A stretch of 49,395 nt of DNA from assembly GCA_051439425.1 (NCBI GenBank), contig JBFRWD010000158.1:1-49395 (forward strand), given 5' to 3'. The notes under the pieces are model-generated. The model was not told where the DNA came from and did not search any database. It saw only the letters and a program-made list of their open reading frames with translations. Shown here piece after piece: positions 17,756-27,607 of this stretch. Numbering within the stretch: the first letter of the stretch is position 1; every line of letters starts with the position of its first letter. Source of the stretch: Synechococcus sp. GTDB lineage: Bacteria; Cyanobacteriota; Cyanobacteriia; Thermostichales; PCC-7336. Position numbers and translations under genes: made by a program.

Positions 17756-19804
17756 GTGTCGCAGTATCAGTTGAAATCCAATTACGAACCGATGGGGGAT
17801 CAGCCCAAGGCGATCGCCGAGATGGTGAACAACGTCAATGACGGGCACCGCTTCCAAACGCTGCTGGGGGCAACAGGCACCGGCAAAACCTTTTCCATTG
17901 CCCACACCATTGCAAAAGTCAACAAGCCTACTCTTGTTCTGGCTCATAACAAGACGCTGGCGGCTCAGTTGTGTAACGAGCTGCGGGAGTTCTTTCCTCA
18001 CAACGCCGTCGAATATTTCGTCAGTTATTACGATTACTACCAGCCAGAAGCCTACGTCCCCGTTACAGATACCTATATTGCCAAAACCTCCTCGATCAAC
18101 GAGGAGATAGACATGCTGCGCCACTCGGCAACGCGATCGCTGTTCGAGCGCGACGATGTGATTGTGGTGGCCTCCGTTAGTTGCATCTACGGTTTGGGGA
18201 TGCCGGAAGAGTACATGAAGGCGTCGATCCCGTTTCAGGGGGGAGAAGAGAAGAACCAACGCCAGCTACTGCGAGATTTGGCCTCGGTGCAGTACGAGCG
18301 CAATGACCTGGAGTTAACACGCGGTAAGTTTCGCCTCAAAGGCGACGTTTTAGAAGTTGTGCCCGCTTACGAAGACCGCATTATTCGAGTGGAATTTTTT
18401 GGGGACGAGATTGATGCTATTCGTCTCGTCGATCCGGTCACGGGTGAGATTTTGCAGAGTAATTCGTCCATGCGGTTATATCCTGCCCGCCACTTTGTGA
18501 CACCTGAAGAGAAACTAGAGTCGGCAATTCAAGGCATTAAAGACGAGCTGGAAGCGCAATTAGAGGCGTTTAAGGAGTCGGGAAAACTGTTAGAGGCACA
18601 GCGGCTGGAGCAGCGCACTAAGTACGACTTGGAGATGTTGGAGGAAGTGGGCTATTGCAATGGGGTGGAAAATTATTCCCGCCACCTCACTGGCCGCAGT
18701 CCAGGGGAGCCTCCGTCTTGTTTAGTGAATTACTTTCAGGATAAAGATTGGCTGTTGGTGGCGGATGAGTCCCACGTAACGGTGCCTCAGTTGCGCGGTA
18801 TGTATAACGGCGATCGCGCCCGCAAGCAGGTGTTGGTCGATCACGGGTTCCGCTTACCCAGTGCGGTGGATAATCGCCCGCTCAAGTCGGAAGAATTTTG
18901 GGGGATGGTTAAGCAGGCTATTTTTGTATCGGCTACTCCGGGGACGTGGGAGCTAGAGCAATCGGAAGCCGAGCTGAATGAGTCGAAGTCGTATGTCAGC
19001 GGTACCGGCCGGGTGGTGGAGCAGGTGATTCGCCCCACTGGCGTTCTCGATCCTGCAGTGTCGGTGCGTCCGACGGCAGGGCAGGTGGACGATCTTCTGG
19101 ACGAGATTATTGCCTGCGTGGATGCGGGCGATCGCGCTTTAATCACCACTCTGACCAAGCGAATGGCAGAAGATCTAACGGAGTATTTCCAGGAGCGTGG
19201 GGTGCGGGTGCGCTATTTGCACTCGGAAATCAACTCGATCGAGCGCATCGAGATTTTGCAGGATTTGCGGGAAGGAGCCTTTGACGTACTGGTGGGGGTG
19301 AACTTGCTGAGGGAAGGGTTGGACTTACCGGAGGTGTCTCTGGTGTCAATTCTGGATGCGGATAAAGAAGGATTCTTACGGGCAGAGCGATCGCTGATTC
19401 AGACCATTGGACGGGCGGCGCGAAATGTTAGTGGTCGGGTGATTATGTATGCCGATAATATGACGGACAGTATGGCCAAGGCGATCGCAGAAACGGAGCG
19501 TCGTCGCAAAATCCAGGCGGCTTACAACAAAAAGCACAACATCACACCCAAGCCGATTGTGAAGAAGTCGAACAATGCGATTTTGTCGTTCCTGTCGATT
19601 TCGAGAAAACTGAGCGATCGGCAATTAGAGGATGCTTTTCAACAATCCAGCGATATTCCCTTGGAAGATATCCCCAATCTGATTCAACAGTTCGAGGTGA
19701 AGATGAAGGAGGCAGCCTCAAATCTGGAATTCGAAGCAGCAGCGGATTATCGAGACAAGATCAAGAAGCTCAGACAACGATTACTTGGACAAAAGTCGGC
19801 TTAG
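17756..19804 (+). CDS. uvrB: excinuclease ABC subunit B
   Basis: [46 protein letters not shown]-terminal UVR domain; GTG start chosen from RBS spacing. Confidence 0.98.
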   Translation: MSQYQLKSNYEPMGDQPKAIAEMVNNVNDGHRFQTLLGATGTGKTFSIAHTIAKVNKPTLVLAHNKTLAAQLCNELREFFPHNAVEYFVSYYDYYQPEAYVPVTDTYIAKTSSINEEIDMLRHSATRSLFERDDVIVVASVSCIYGLGMPEEYMKASIPFQGGEEKNQRQLLRDLASVQYERNDLELTRGKFRLKGDVLEVVPAYEDRIIRVEFFGDEIDAIRLVDPVTGEILQSNSSMRLYPARHFVTPEEKLESAIQGIKDELEAQLEAFKESGKLLEAQRLEQRTKYDLEMLEEVGYCNGVENYSRHLTGRSPGEPPSCLVNYFQDKDWLLVADESHVTVPQLRGMYNGDRARKQVLVDHGFRLPSAVDNRPLKSEEFWGMVKQAIFVSATPGTWELEQSEAELNESKSYVSGTGRVVEQVIRPTGVLDPAVSVRPTAGQVDDLLDEIIACVDAGDRALITTLTKRMAEDLTEYFQERGVRVRYLHSEINSIERIEILQDLREGAFDVLVGVNLLREGLDLPEVSLVSILDADKEGFLRAERSLIQTIGRAARNVSGRVIMYADNMTDSMAKAIAETERRRKIQAAYNKKHNITPKPIVKKSNNAILSFLSISRKLSDRQLEDAFQQSSDIPLEDIPNLIQQFEVKMKEAASNLEFEAAADYRDKIKKLRQRLLGQKSA

Positions 19805-19901
19805 TCCCATACGCTCAAACAGCATATGAGTTAAAGGAATTCTTGAGAGCCTAGTGACAGGAAAATTGCCAAGACATATGCTTGATGTGAACCTCCAATC
19901 C

Positions 19902-20414
19902 CTAGTTTGTCTCCGTCTTATAGAATTTGTGATGTTTATCTAGGAAAACGACGTAGAACGTATTGTTGTCAAAAATATAGTCAGTCTTGCTACTTCCTGA
20001 GCTTTGTATGAGAAAGCTTTCAGGAATAACAAAACCTATCATTCTCACTTTGCTACCTAACCTAAAACGAGCCCAAGTCACATCATGTGGAACGTGAGAT
20101 GGATGAGTAAAGTCTGAATTTGTCGGGAACGAGTCGTAGTATGCCAGAACTTTCAACCCCCCCCTCCCAGCTCTTTCCTCTCGCCAATAGGAGAGAGGAG
20201 ACTTGGTGTAGTGCTGTATTTTTCTCAATAGTTCAACCAATGAACTATTGCCGTCACCTCCACTCCATTCTTCAAAGCTTTGGCCTGCGGCTTGCTCACC
20301 ATCAAAGTATGAGAAATTAAATTTGCAACGCATCTCAATTTGTGAACTTTCTATATCCATTGCAGGTATGGACTTTAAGAAACTTTCTTTCTTTCTATTA
20401 GAGAATTTACTCAT
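19902..20414 (-). CDS. hypothetical protein, probable RelE-fold (MAG6450-like) toxin/nuclease
   Basis: KFNFSYFD near the N-terminus, then WARFRL...VRMIGF and FYVVFLD.HH.FY, resembling MAG6450-type RelE-like proteins; starts 8 bp after the ATPase stop. Confidence 0.6.
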   Translation of the reverse strand: MSKFSNRKKESFLKSIPAMDIESSQIEMRCKFNFSYFDGEQAAGQSFEEWSGGDGNSSLVELLRKIQHYTKSPLSYWREERAGRGGLKVLAYYDSFPTNSDFTHPSHVPHDVTWARFRLGSKVRMIGFVIPESFLIQSSGSSKTDYIFDNNTFYVVFLDKHHKFYKTETN

Positions 20415-20422
20415 CTCTATCA

Positions 20423-21595
20423 TCAAACACTGCAAAATAAAGAGCGAAGTGGGGGAACTCCGCCAATTCTACCGCTGAGGTATGTTGGTGTAATGGGCCT
20501 GCCATGCCTAATTAGTGTTCCAGAAATTTCATCAAGTCGATAACAATAACTTTCTCCGTCTTCTTTATTAACCAATACCGTTCTGTACTTCGTGAGAGAC
20601 TCAATAATTTCTGTATTGTGAGCAGTAAAGATAAGTTGTGCACTGTTAGGATTAGTCTCTGGGTTGAGAAACAGCTCAATAATTTTAGGCAGAATCATAG
20701 CATGAATATGAATATCGAATTCATCAATTGCCAATAGCCTACCCTTCTCAAGGGCAAACCAATACATGAGCATGTGTTCAAAGAGAGTTTGGGTTCCACT
20801 CGATTCCTCAAACAATCGAAGATAGAATTTTTCCCCAGAACTTGAATGGTGAAAAACAGGGAAGAAAATAGTCTCACCGCTTTCATCTATTCTGCTTGAT
20901 ATTTTAACATCGTCTATTCCTTCATCAGAGCAGATCATCATTTTTTTGACGAAAGAAAATAGCTCTGAGTCTTTAGAGTAAAGCTTAGATATCATACTTC
21001 TATCGAAACTTATATTTGAATAGCCTTGTAATCCAACATTTGTGATCACAGATGAAAAGAAGTCAAACAGCTTCTTCAGATCTTCCATTTTGGATTCAAA
21101 CTTATACCTGCTAACAATACTTATTATGGAAGAATTGCTTTTTATTTTTATTTTTTTAAGCTCGGACAAGCTATTCAGGGAGCTCGATATTTCATCGTAG
21201 TCACGAACAAGGACCGGAATCTTTCTATCTTTCTTTCTGTATATCGACTCTCGTATAACTCTCGTAGCGTCTAGAGTGAGCTCATAGAAATATAAAGTCT
21301 CCTCAGATTTGATTTCAATGTAGAACTCGGTTGGCTCTTCGCTTGTAGAGAAATTCCTAAATGGAATCTCACTATCAATTTCATAGTCGGCAGACTGGTG
21401 ACAGAAAGAAGCCAAAAAACTAAGTGCTTTTATAACAGTTGTCTTCCCGGAACCGTTAGCACCTTTGAGTCCAAGGACTTTTGTGGTGTCAGAACCATTG
21501 CTGACATCATTAGGAACACTTCCATCAAACTTGAAGTTAAGAAAGCCACCTTCTTTGAAACAGGAGAAGTTTTTGAATTCAAAAGCTCTTATCAT
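20423..21595 (-). CDS. AAA_21 / AbiEii / RloA-like ABC-type ATPase
   Basis: F.FKNF.CF start, Walker A GANGSGKT, signature ESSGT, Walker B LLAIDE, H-loop QLIFTAH, C-terminal YL.GR.GGVP; AT-rich. Confidence 0.9.
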   Translation of the reverse strand: MIRAFEFKNFSCFKEGGFLNFKFDGSVPNDVSNGSDTTKVLGLKGANGSGKTTVIKALSFLASFCHQSADYEIDSEIPFRNFSTSEEPTEFYIEIKSEETLYFYELTLDATRVIRESIYRKKDRKIPVLVRDYDEISSSLNSLSELKKIKIKSNSSIISIVSRYKFESKMEDLKKLFDFFSSVITNVGLQGYSNISFDRSMISKLYSKDSELFSFVKKMMICSDEGIDDVKISSRIDESGETIFFPVFHHSSSGEKFYLRLFEESSGTQTLFEHMLMYWFALEKGRLLAIDEFDIHIHAMILPKIIELFLNPETNPNSAQLIFTAHNTEIIESLTKYRTVLVNKEDGESYCYRLDEISGTLIRHGRPITPTYLSGRIGGVPPLRSLFCSV

Positions 21596-21917
21596 TGCTG
21601 TTTTTTTCTGAGAAGATAAATTTGAGGATTTTAACTCTTACTGCATAGACTCTATTCAATCTTTATTGGCTAGCGATGCCAGCACTGTCTGAATTTTCCC
21701 ACAAAACAGCAAAAATAGACATCTTATTTAATAGATCGTGTCATTTTAGGCATGTATAAGCTGTAACAATCAGGTCGGAGAAGCAACTCTGCATCAGAGA
21801 TGCACGTATTGGCAAAGGTTGCGGTAGATGTAGTCTGAAACTCAGGCTGCTGCCATATGCATGCAAACAAGCAGAGTTCCCATCTACCCAGCGGGAGTTA
21901 TGGTTGACTCATAGCTA

Positions 21918-22405
21918 TTAGAGTGCAGCTGTCATCTCTCGATTTTGAATGGTTGTCTCCAAGGCTTTGAGGAACTCCGCTAGCCATTTGGGGTGAGCGG
22001 GCCATGCGGGAGCTGGACGAGATTACCATCGGCGATCACATCCGTTACCGGTATGTCCACATACGTTCCACCTGCAGCAGTAACTTCCGACGCGCAAGCA
22101 GGATAAGCCGAACACTTCTTACCTGCGAGAGCTCCTGCCGCAGCCAATAACTGCGCACCGTAGTCTTCCACATTGATGTCTGCAAAAATTGCGTTCAGAG
22201 CAAAATTGTGACCAGGTTTCTCCGAATAAGTTTGGTTCCCTTCAAAATCGTAAACGTCTGTCCGGACAGTATCGCCAGCTTTCTTGTCCGGACAAACAGA
22301 GTTGACAGTATGGCCGACCATCTGCAACGCCTGGAACGGCACCATGACTTCGTAATCCTCAACAAAGTCTCCAATCAGCATCAGGATGTTCAAGCCAACC
22401 ATCAT
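21918..22405 (-). pseudogene. DJ-1/PfpI (YraA-like) pseudogene
   Basis: [20 protein letters not shown] and [11 protein letters not shown] present; EDY joins directly to GAQLLAAA, so the GGRAPE...AICH segment is missing; 1 bp deletion near 22015 shifts out of the APAWPAHP.W frame; strong AAAGGAG RBS. Confidence 0.85.
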
Positions 22406-22538
22406 GGTTCTCCTTTGCCTAGCGAGCGACACGAATGCGGCTATCACAGTAGGCTAGGATCGTTAGATGACTGCAACATGTTTAGCAGCTTTTAACTGCA
22501 TCTGGAACTTTGACAGTAGTCTCGCTAGAACAGGTCAA

Positions 22539-22997
22539 TCAAGCGAGCATTGAGTATAGATTGGCAATTTGTATTGTGCCAGATTCAGATTCTACCGGTA
22601 CTAATATCCGCTGATACTTGTTTCCTTCAAATGCATCCAGGCGTTCCCAATCTGTGGAAAGATCTGCATATTTAAAGACCTTAACCGCTACTGGTTTGCC
22701 GTCTGCTTCCCACTCAAAACCTGGGTACTCGATTCCGCCACCCCAGCTACCAGGCGGAAATAGATTCCCTCGCACGCAACCATCACTCCACTGACCCTGC
22801 AGAGATTTCAGGACCCAGTCGTTCTCTTCCCCTGGGGCAAGGGTTCCATAGACAGCTAAGCGGGTTGAAGGGCTAAAGAGTTGTTCGACGATCGCCTCTG
22901 CCATCTCAGTTTCTCTTGACTGCGCAGCATATCGCCGCCCATCATTGATGGTTTGCAGCAGTTGTACCAGTCCAGCCTCGCTAACGTCCGCGTGCAC
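22539..22997 (-). CDS. gamma-glutamylcyclotransferase (AIG2-like) family protein
   Basis: LAVYGTL.PG..N, YPG and W..LDAFEG..Y.R motifs. Confidence 0.85.
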   Translation of the reverse strand: MHADVSEAGLVQLLQTINDGRRYAAQSRETEMAEAIVEQLFSPSTRLAVYGTLAPGEENDWVLKSLQGQWSDGCVRGNLFPPGSWGGGIEYPGFEWEADGKPVAVKVFKYADLSTDWERLDAFEGNKYQRILVPVESESGTIQIANLYSMLA

Positions 22998-24571
22998 TAA
23001 CGCAACCCTAATTCATTCAATAGCCGCAGATGCTTGTCTACAGGCGCAATGGTGTTGGCCGCGATCGCCCCGCTAGCCGCCACCGCAGGCAATCCGATCC
23101 CCGGAAACGTCGAATCCCCGCAGCAATACAGTCCCTTCAGCGGAGTCTTCGGTCCCAGAAACACGGCCTTTCCCGCCCGCAACGCTGGCCCATAGCTACC
23201 GTGATGACGACGTAAAAATCTGGCATGAGTCAGCGGAGTGCCAACTAATTCGACCTCCACCCGCGAACGCACATCAGGAATTACCCGCTCCAGCCCCTGC
23301 CACATCACCTCGGCCCGCTCATGTTTCAATTGCGCATAATCCTCGCTACGACGATCCAATCCTCGCCATACCGGGTAGGGCTCGTTACCGGGAGTGTAAA
23401 CGTGAATGGCATGTTTACCCTGCGGTGCTAGTGACGGATCGAGTAGCGATGGAATCGAAATCAACACGACATTCTGCGGCGCATCAATTCCCTTCGACCA
23501 GTCATTCACCACAATGTAATGGCAAGCCAAGTTCTCTGGTAACGACCGGGCATCGATGCCCAAATGCAAGTGCATGAAACTGGCACATTCAGGAGTTGCT
23601 TGTCTGCGCTGGCGGAACCCTTGGGGCAGAGATGTCTGCGGGACAAGTTTCAACGTGTCCCAAATCGAAGCATTCGACACTACGGCCAGCTTTACCCGCA
23701 GCGTCTTGCCGTTGCGCAGGGCCAAACCAACAGCCCGCCGATTCTCCACCAATACGCGATCGACATGCGTTCCCAGCAGTAAGCGCCCTCCGTATTTTTC
23801 GAGTCCTCGCACCAAGGCATCTACCACTGCACCGCTTCCCCCCAATGGATAGTCCAGCGTTACCCCCGGTCGATACCATTCAGCAAACATAAAGGCCACT
23901 TCAGCCCCAATGGTTCCATCTGCCGGGAGTCCAGAGAGCAAGAAGCACAATAAGTCCAGCCAGTTGCGCGTGAACTCGTCAGCGATCGCCTCATCCATAA
24001 TTCGGCTGAAAGGCCCAGTCAACTTGAGGATCCGTCCAACATGTTTGGCCATACTCGGCGCAAATTGACCAACAGTACGGAGCGCTCCCCAATCAAACCG
24101 CATTGCTGTTGGCGGTAGGGCATTTGCAGCTTCAGCCAACGGTTTCATAAGCTGTTGCAGCTCTCGCCATTCTGCAACCGTAGCCTCTCCCCGCAATCGC
24201 CGTAACACCTCACAAAACTGCTCGGCTCCCACCGTTGTGTCAAAATCCCCTTCCGGCAAACAACAGCCCCAACGATCGTAGTTGGCCCACTCCACATCTT
24301 CGTTAATCGCATCCAATACTTGACGCAGCGGATTGGGCGATGGGCTGTACGATAAGCCCGAATACAGCGATGGCCCGGAATCAAAGGTGAAGCCATCTCG
24401 ATGAAAGGAATGAGCCGCACCACCGGGAATGGTATGACTCTCGCAGATCGCTACGCTATATCCGTATTTTGCCAACAAAGCGCCGCAACATAGGCCCCCA
24501 ATACCGCTGCCAATAATTGCAATATCGACCGATGCATTACCAGCGAGCCCCTGTGTGCTTATATCCGACAC
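22997..24571 (-). CDS. FAD-dependent phytoene desaturase / CrtH-like oxidoreductase
   Basis: IIGSGIGGL, GGAAH.F.R.GF.FDSGPS, SFMHLHLG, GTPLTH.RFL, CGDSTFPGIG.PAVAASG. Confidence 0.9.
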   Translation of the reverse strand: MSDISTQGLAGNASVDIAIIGSGIGGLCCGALLAKYGYSVAICESHTIPGGAAHSFHRDGFTFDSGPSLYSGLSYSPSPNPLRQVLDAINEDVEWANYDRWGCCLPEGDFDTTVGAEQFCEVLRRLRGEATVAEWRELQQLMKPLAEAANALPPTAMRFDWGALRTVGQFAPSMAKHVGRILKLTGPFSRIMDEAIADEFTRNWLDLLCFLLSGLPADGTIGAEVAFMFAEWYRPGVTLDYPLGGSGAVVDALVRGLEKYGGRLLLGTHVDRVLVENRRAVGLALRNGKTLRVKLAVVSNASIWDTLKLVPQTSLPQGFRQRRQATPECASFMHLHLGIDARSLPENLACHYIVVNDWSKGIDAPQNVVLISIPSLLDPSLAPQGKHAIHVYTPGNEPYPVWRGLDRRSEDYAQLKHERAEVMWQGLERVIPDVRSRVEVELVGTPLTHARFLRRHHGSYGPALRAGKAVFLGPKTPLKGLYCCGDSTFPGIGLPAVAASGAIAANTIAPVDKHLRLLNELGLR

Positions 24572-24605
24572 TACTCAACCCACCCTGCAAGCTTGTATTG
24601 ACTCG

Positions 24606-24635
24606 ATTAAGAAGCGGGGGCACAGTGGCCCCCGC
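24606..24635 (-). terminator. terminator downstream of the Omp85 gene
   Basis: GCGGGGGC/GCCCCCGC 8 bp stem (24614-24635) followed on the minus strand by TTCTTAAT. Confidence 0.7.
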
Positions 24636-24677
24636 CGATGCGATCGCTCTTGACTAATCTGTATCTAGAACTCAAAC

Positions 24678-26564
24678 CTAGAACTTTTCGCCGAAACCAA
24701 AGTGGAGACGACCGTTATCTTCCCCTTGGCCCAAACCGTAGTCCACCCGAATGGCCCCCAGTGGGGATTGGATGCGCAGGCCGGCACCGACACCGAATGC
24801 ACTACCTAATAAATCCTGAGCGCTGGTCGGATTACCAAATACACCATCCGAAGTGCCTAGGTCGGTACCGTAGTCTGCAAACAGTGCGCCGCCGATAAAG
24901 TTAAAGATGGGGAATCGGTACTCGGCTGTAGCTAAGCCAAAGCTTTGGCTAGTACCGACTCGTCCTTCGTCAAATCCGCGAATGGTATTAGCACCTCCCA
25001 ACAAGAACGAGTCAAATGCAGCGGTGTCACCAAAAATTGAGCCCGAGCGGACATCGAATGCCAGTACCTCAGGAGACTGCCCATTGAGCTTGAGGAAATT
25101 GACGGGGATGAAGTGACTGTAGCTAACTTCGGCTTTATTTCGGTTGATACCGTCGGAAAAAAACAAGCCGGCAATGGATTGGTCTGTCGAAATTCGGAAA
25201 ACACTACCTTGACTGGGCAATGCAGCATTGTCTCGCAAGTCTCGTACCAGGCCCAAACGACCACTAGTGAGCGTATTAGTGGAGGAGCCATCGAGAGTTA
25301 AAGGCTCATCAACGTCGCGATCGTTGATGCTAATGAACTGCTGCTGAGCACCCAAACTTGCTCGCCAGTTGTCGTTAAACACCGGTCGAGACAGAGTAAT
25401 ATTCGTACCTAATCGAACGATATCTTGGTCGTCATCGTAGACGCGATCGCTTGAAATTCGATTAAAAGCATTTGCGCTCAGGGATGTTGGAGTTTCCCAA
25501 TGGGCAATTTGGGGGTCCGTGAATCCAACATCAAACAACAGATCTTCCGTACCGACCTGGATATCAAGGCCGACCGTTTGGTTGTTTCCGCCCAGGTTGT
25601 TTTCAGAGATGCTTACCGTACCAAAAATACCCGACCCAGAACTCAAGCCTCCACCAGCCGATAGCGAACCGGTGTTGCGTTCCTCCACATTCACTGTGGC
25701 AATCACGTTGTCGGGGTTGTCTCCAGGCTCAAGTGATAGGTTGACATCTTGAAATAAGTTCAGTGCAAATACATTCTGTAGATCCGCCTGAACGGTATCG
25801 CGGTTGAAGACCTCACCTGGCTCAAGCTCCATCTCGCGCGTAACGATGAAATCTCGGGTTTTATCGTTACCATCAACCCGAATATCTTCAATCACTCCCT
25901 CTGCCACTTCAATGACAACGTCACCGTCAGGGGTAGACCGGACATCTTTGACACTCGCCAGAACGTAGCCGTTGTCGGCATACCAACTTTCGACCTGTTC
26001 TACTCCCGCCTGCAGCTCGCTAAAGTTGAGTACCTGGCCTTGCTGGGAAGCAAAGATCTCGTCGATCAACCCTTCCGGCAACACTGAGGCATTCTCTGCC
26101 GCCACAGATTGCACAATTGGGTTGGGTTGAACGTTGTAGGTTACACGCACTCCAAGAGCTGTATCGGATGGAACTGCCTCGACATCGGCAAAGTATCCGG
26201 TGGAAAAGACTTGGTTGATGTCCAGTTCGAGCTGAGAGCGAGTGGTGGTTTGACCGGCCTGGGTGGAGATTGCTCGATAAATTTCTTGGATGAGCTCGGG
26301 GTCATTTGTTCCCGTCACCAATACCTCAGCAACCAAGACTTCTGGTTCAGTTGGAGGATTGCTCCCGCTTTCGATCTCGGGGGCATTTGGATCGGAAGAT
26401 GGCGGAACAATGACAGGTGGAGTAAGACCACCTGGACTAGGCATTTCCGTAGGTGTTTGAGCAAGCAGCTGGGGAGACACCTGTGCTCGTGCAGGACTCA
26501 AAGCAACTCCGGATAGCAACGTCACTGTTGCTAGCAGGGTTTGAGGTATTGGAAAACGATTCAT
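24678..26564 (-). CDS. Omp85/BamA family outer membrane protein
   Basis: Signal peptide, Pro-rich linker, three POTRA-like repeats, beta-barrel with LGGANTIRGF, C-terminal FGFGEKF. Confidence 0.92.
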   Translation of the reverse strand: MNRFPIPQTLLATVTLLSGVALSPARAQVSPQLLAQTPTEMPSPGGLTPPVIVPPSSDPNAPEIESGSNPPTEPEVLVAEVLVTGTNDPELIQEIYRAISTQAGQTTTRSQLELDINQVFSTGYFADVEAVPSDTALGVRVTYNVQPNPIVQSVAAENASVLPEGLIDEIFASQQGQVLNFSELQAGVEQVESWYADNGYVLASVKDVRSTPDGDVVIEVAEGVIEDIRVDGNDKTRDFIVTREMELEPGEVFNRDTVQADLQNVFALNLFQDVNLSLEPGDNPDNVIATVNVEERNTGSLSAGGGLSSGSGIFGTVSISENNLGGNNQTVGLDIQVGTEDLLFDVGFTDPQIAHWETPTSLSANAFNRISSDRVYDDDQDIVRLGTNITLSRPVFNDNWRASLGAQQQFISINDRDVDEPLTLDGSSTNTLTSGRLGLVRDLRDNAALPSQGSVFRISTDQSIAGLFFSDGINRNKAEVSYSHFIPVNFLKLNGQSPEVLAFDVRSGSIFGDTAAFDSFLLGGANTIRGFDEGRVGTSQSFGLATAEYRFPIFNFIGGALFADYGTDLGTSDGVFGNPTSAQDLLGSAFGVGAGLRIQSPLGAIRVDYGLGQGEDNGRLHFGFGEKF

Positions 26565-26565
26565 A

Positions 26566-26576
26566 ACTTCTCACAC
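26566..26576 (-). promoter_or_regulatory. putative Yfr1 sRNA target site at the translation start
   Basis: mRNA reads GTGTGAGAAGT-T-ATG; 10/11 complementary to the conserved Yfr1 motif ACUCCUCACAC. Confidence 0.6.
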
Positions 26577-27607
26577 GCGAGGAGGATTCGGCACGGCCCG
26601 AATGGTCATTACGACGCGCTTTTACCTGGGTACGCATCTAACTGTATTCGCTAGATATCTACTTCGGTAATCAGCACATGAACTGACTTGGAGCATTGTA
26701 GGAGCTTGCACAGACAGCGATCTATGAAAGAATGCTCCTCTACAGCAGTAACCTCTGCTCCGAAAGACCAATTCTTAATGACTTTTTAAAATATACACGC
26801 GCAAATTATAGCAAGCTTGTTCCTCTGCCAGATGCATCTGTGGGTCGCTGGGAGTTTGTGCCAGCTCTTACCTAGCAGTCGTATTCACAAGAATACTGAT
26901 GCTTTCCGCTCCCTAGTTTGCTCTTACCTGCAATTGAGTGGAGCCGTGGAAAGCCTTCGTCGGGTTGATACTCGTTGCACGAGTGGGCAGTTTGAAATAC
27001 TAAACGTATCCAGAGCGATTCGTACTCTTGCAAGAAGTATCGATTAGTCATCCATTTCTATGCCTAAATACCGAAACCCCGACGAAGCAAGAAAGATGGT
27101 ACGACGCTAGATATTTAAGAGATTTTATTAACAAGCAATTTACTAATTCAACTACGTATAAGGACCGTACTGGGAATAAAAGCTGATTTGGGATAGCGAA
27201 CCACTATTTCATTCCAATGGAGACAAATGAGAGCCAGCCTATAGTTTGAACTCATTGACAATTCCTTCTAGAGAGTCAGAGAGATTGGCGGATGAAACGT
27301 TCTCCTGTGGGATTGAGTTGTTGGGGTAAGCCATGGGGGACATTCGAATCCGCAAAGATGTGCGCTGTATTGGGAGTGTTCTATTAGGGGATGAAAATTC
27401 TGTGTATTCACTGACAGGATTTACGTATGAAAGGCCCACTATAAGTTGCGAGTAGTTACCTCAATCATTGACTAGTGCTGACTGTATCTGCGCTAGCAAC
27501 AGCGAGGAAATGCTCTGTGCTGCCAGATAGTTCTACTCGCAGCGTTACTCTGTCCCCGTTGTCTGCACTTTTCTTCTAAAAAGCAGCAACACTTCTTGGA
27601 GAACATT

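Noticed and set aside
17624..18259. 211 aa antisense ORF over uvrB, and similar antisense ORFs over other core genes
   Set aside because: Shadow ORFs opposite well-supported conserved genes.
27239..27439. Small minus-strand ORF in the Omp85-patA intergenic region
   Set aside because: No recognisable motif or convincing RBS; coding status cannot be supported.
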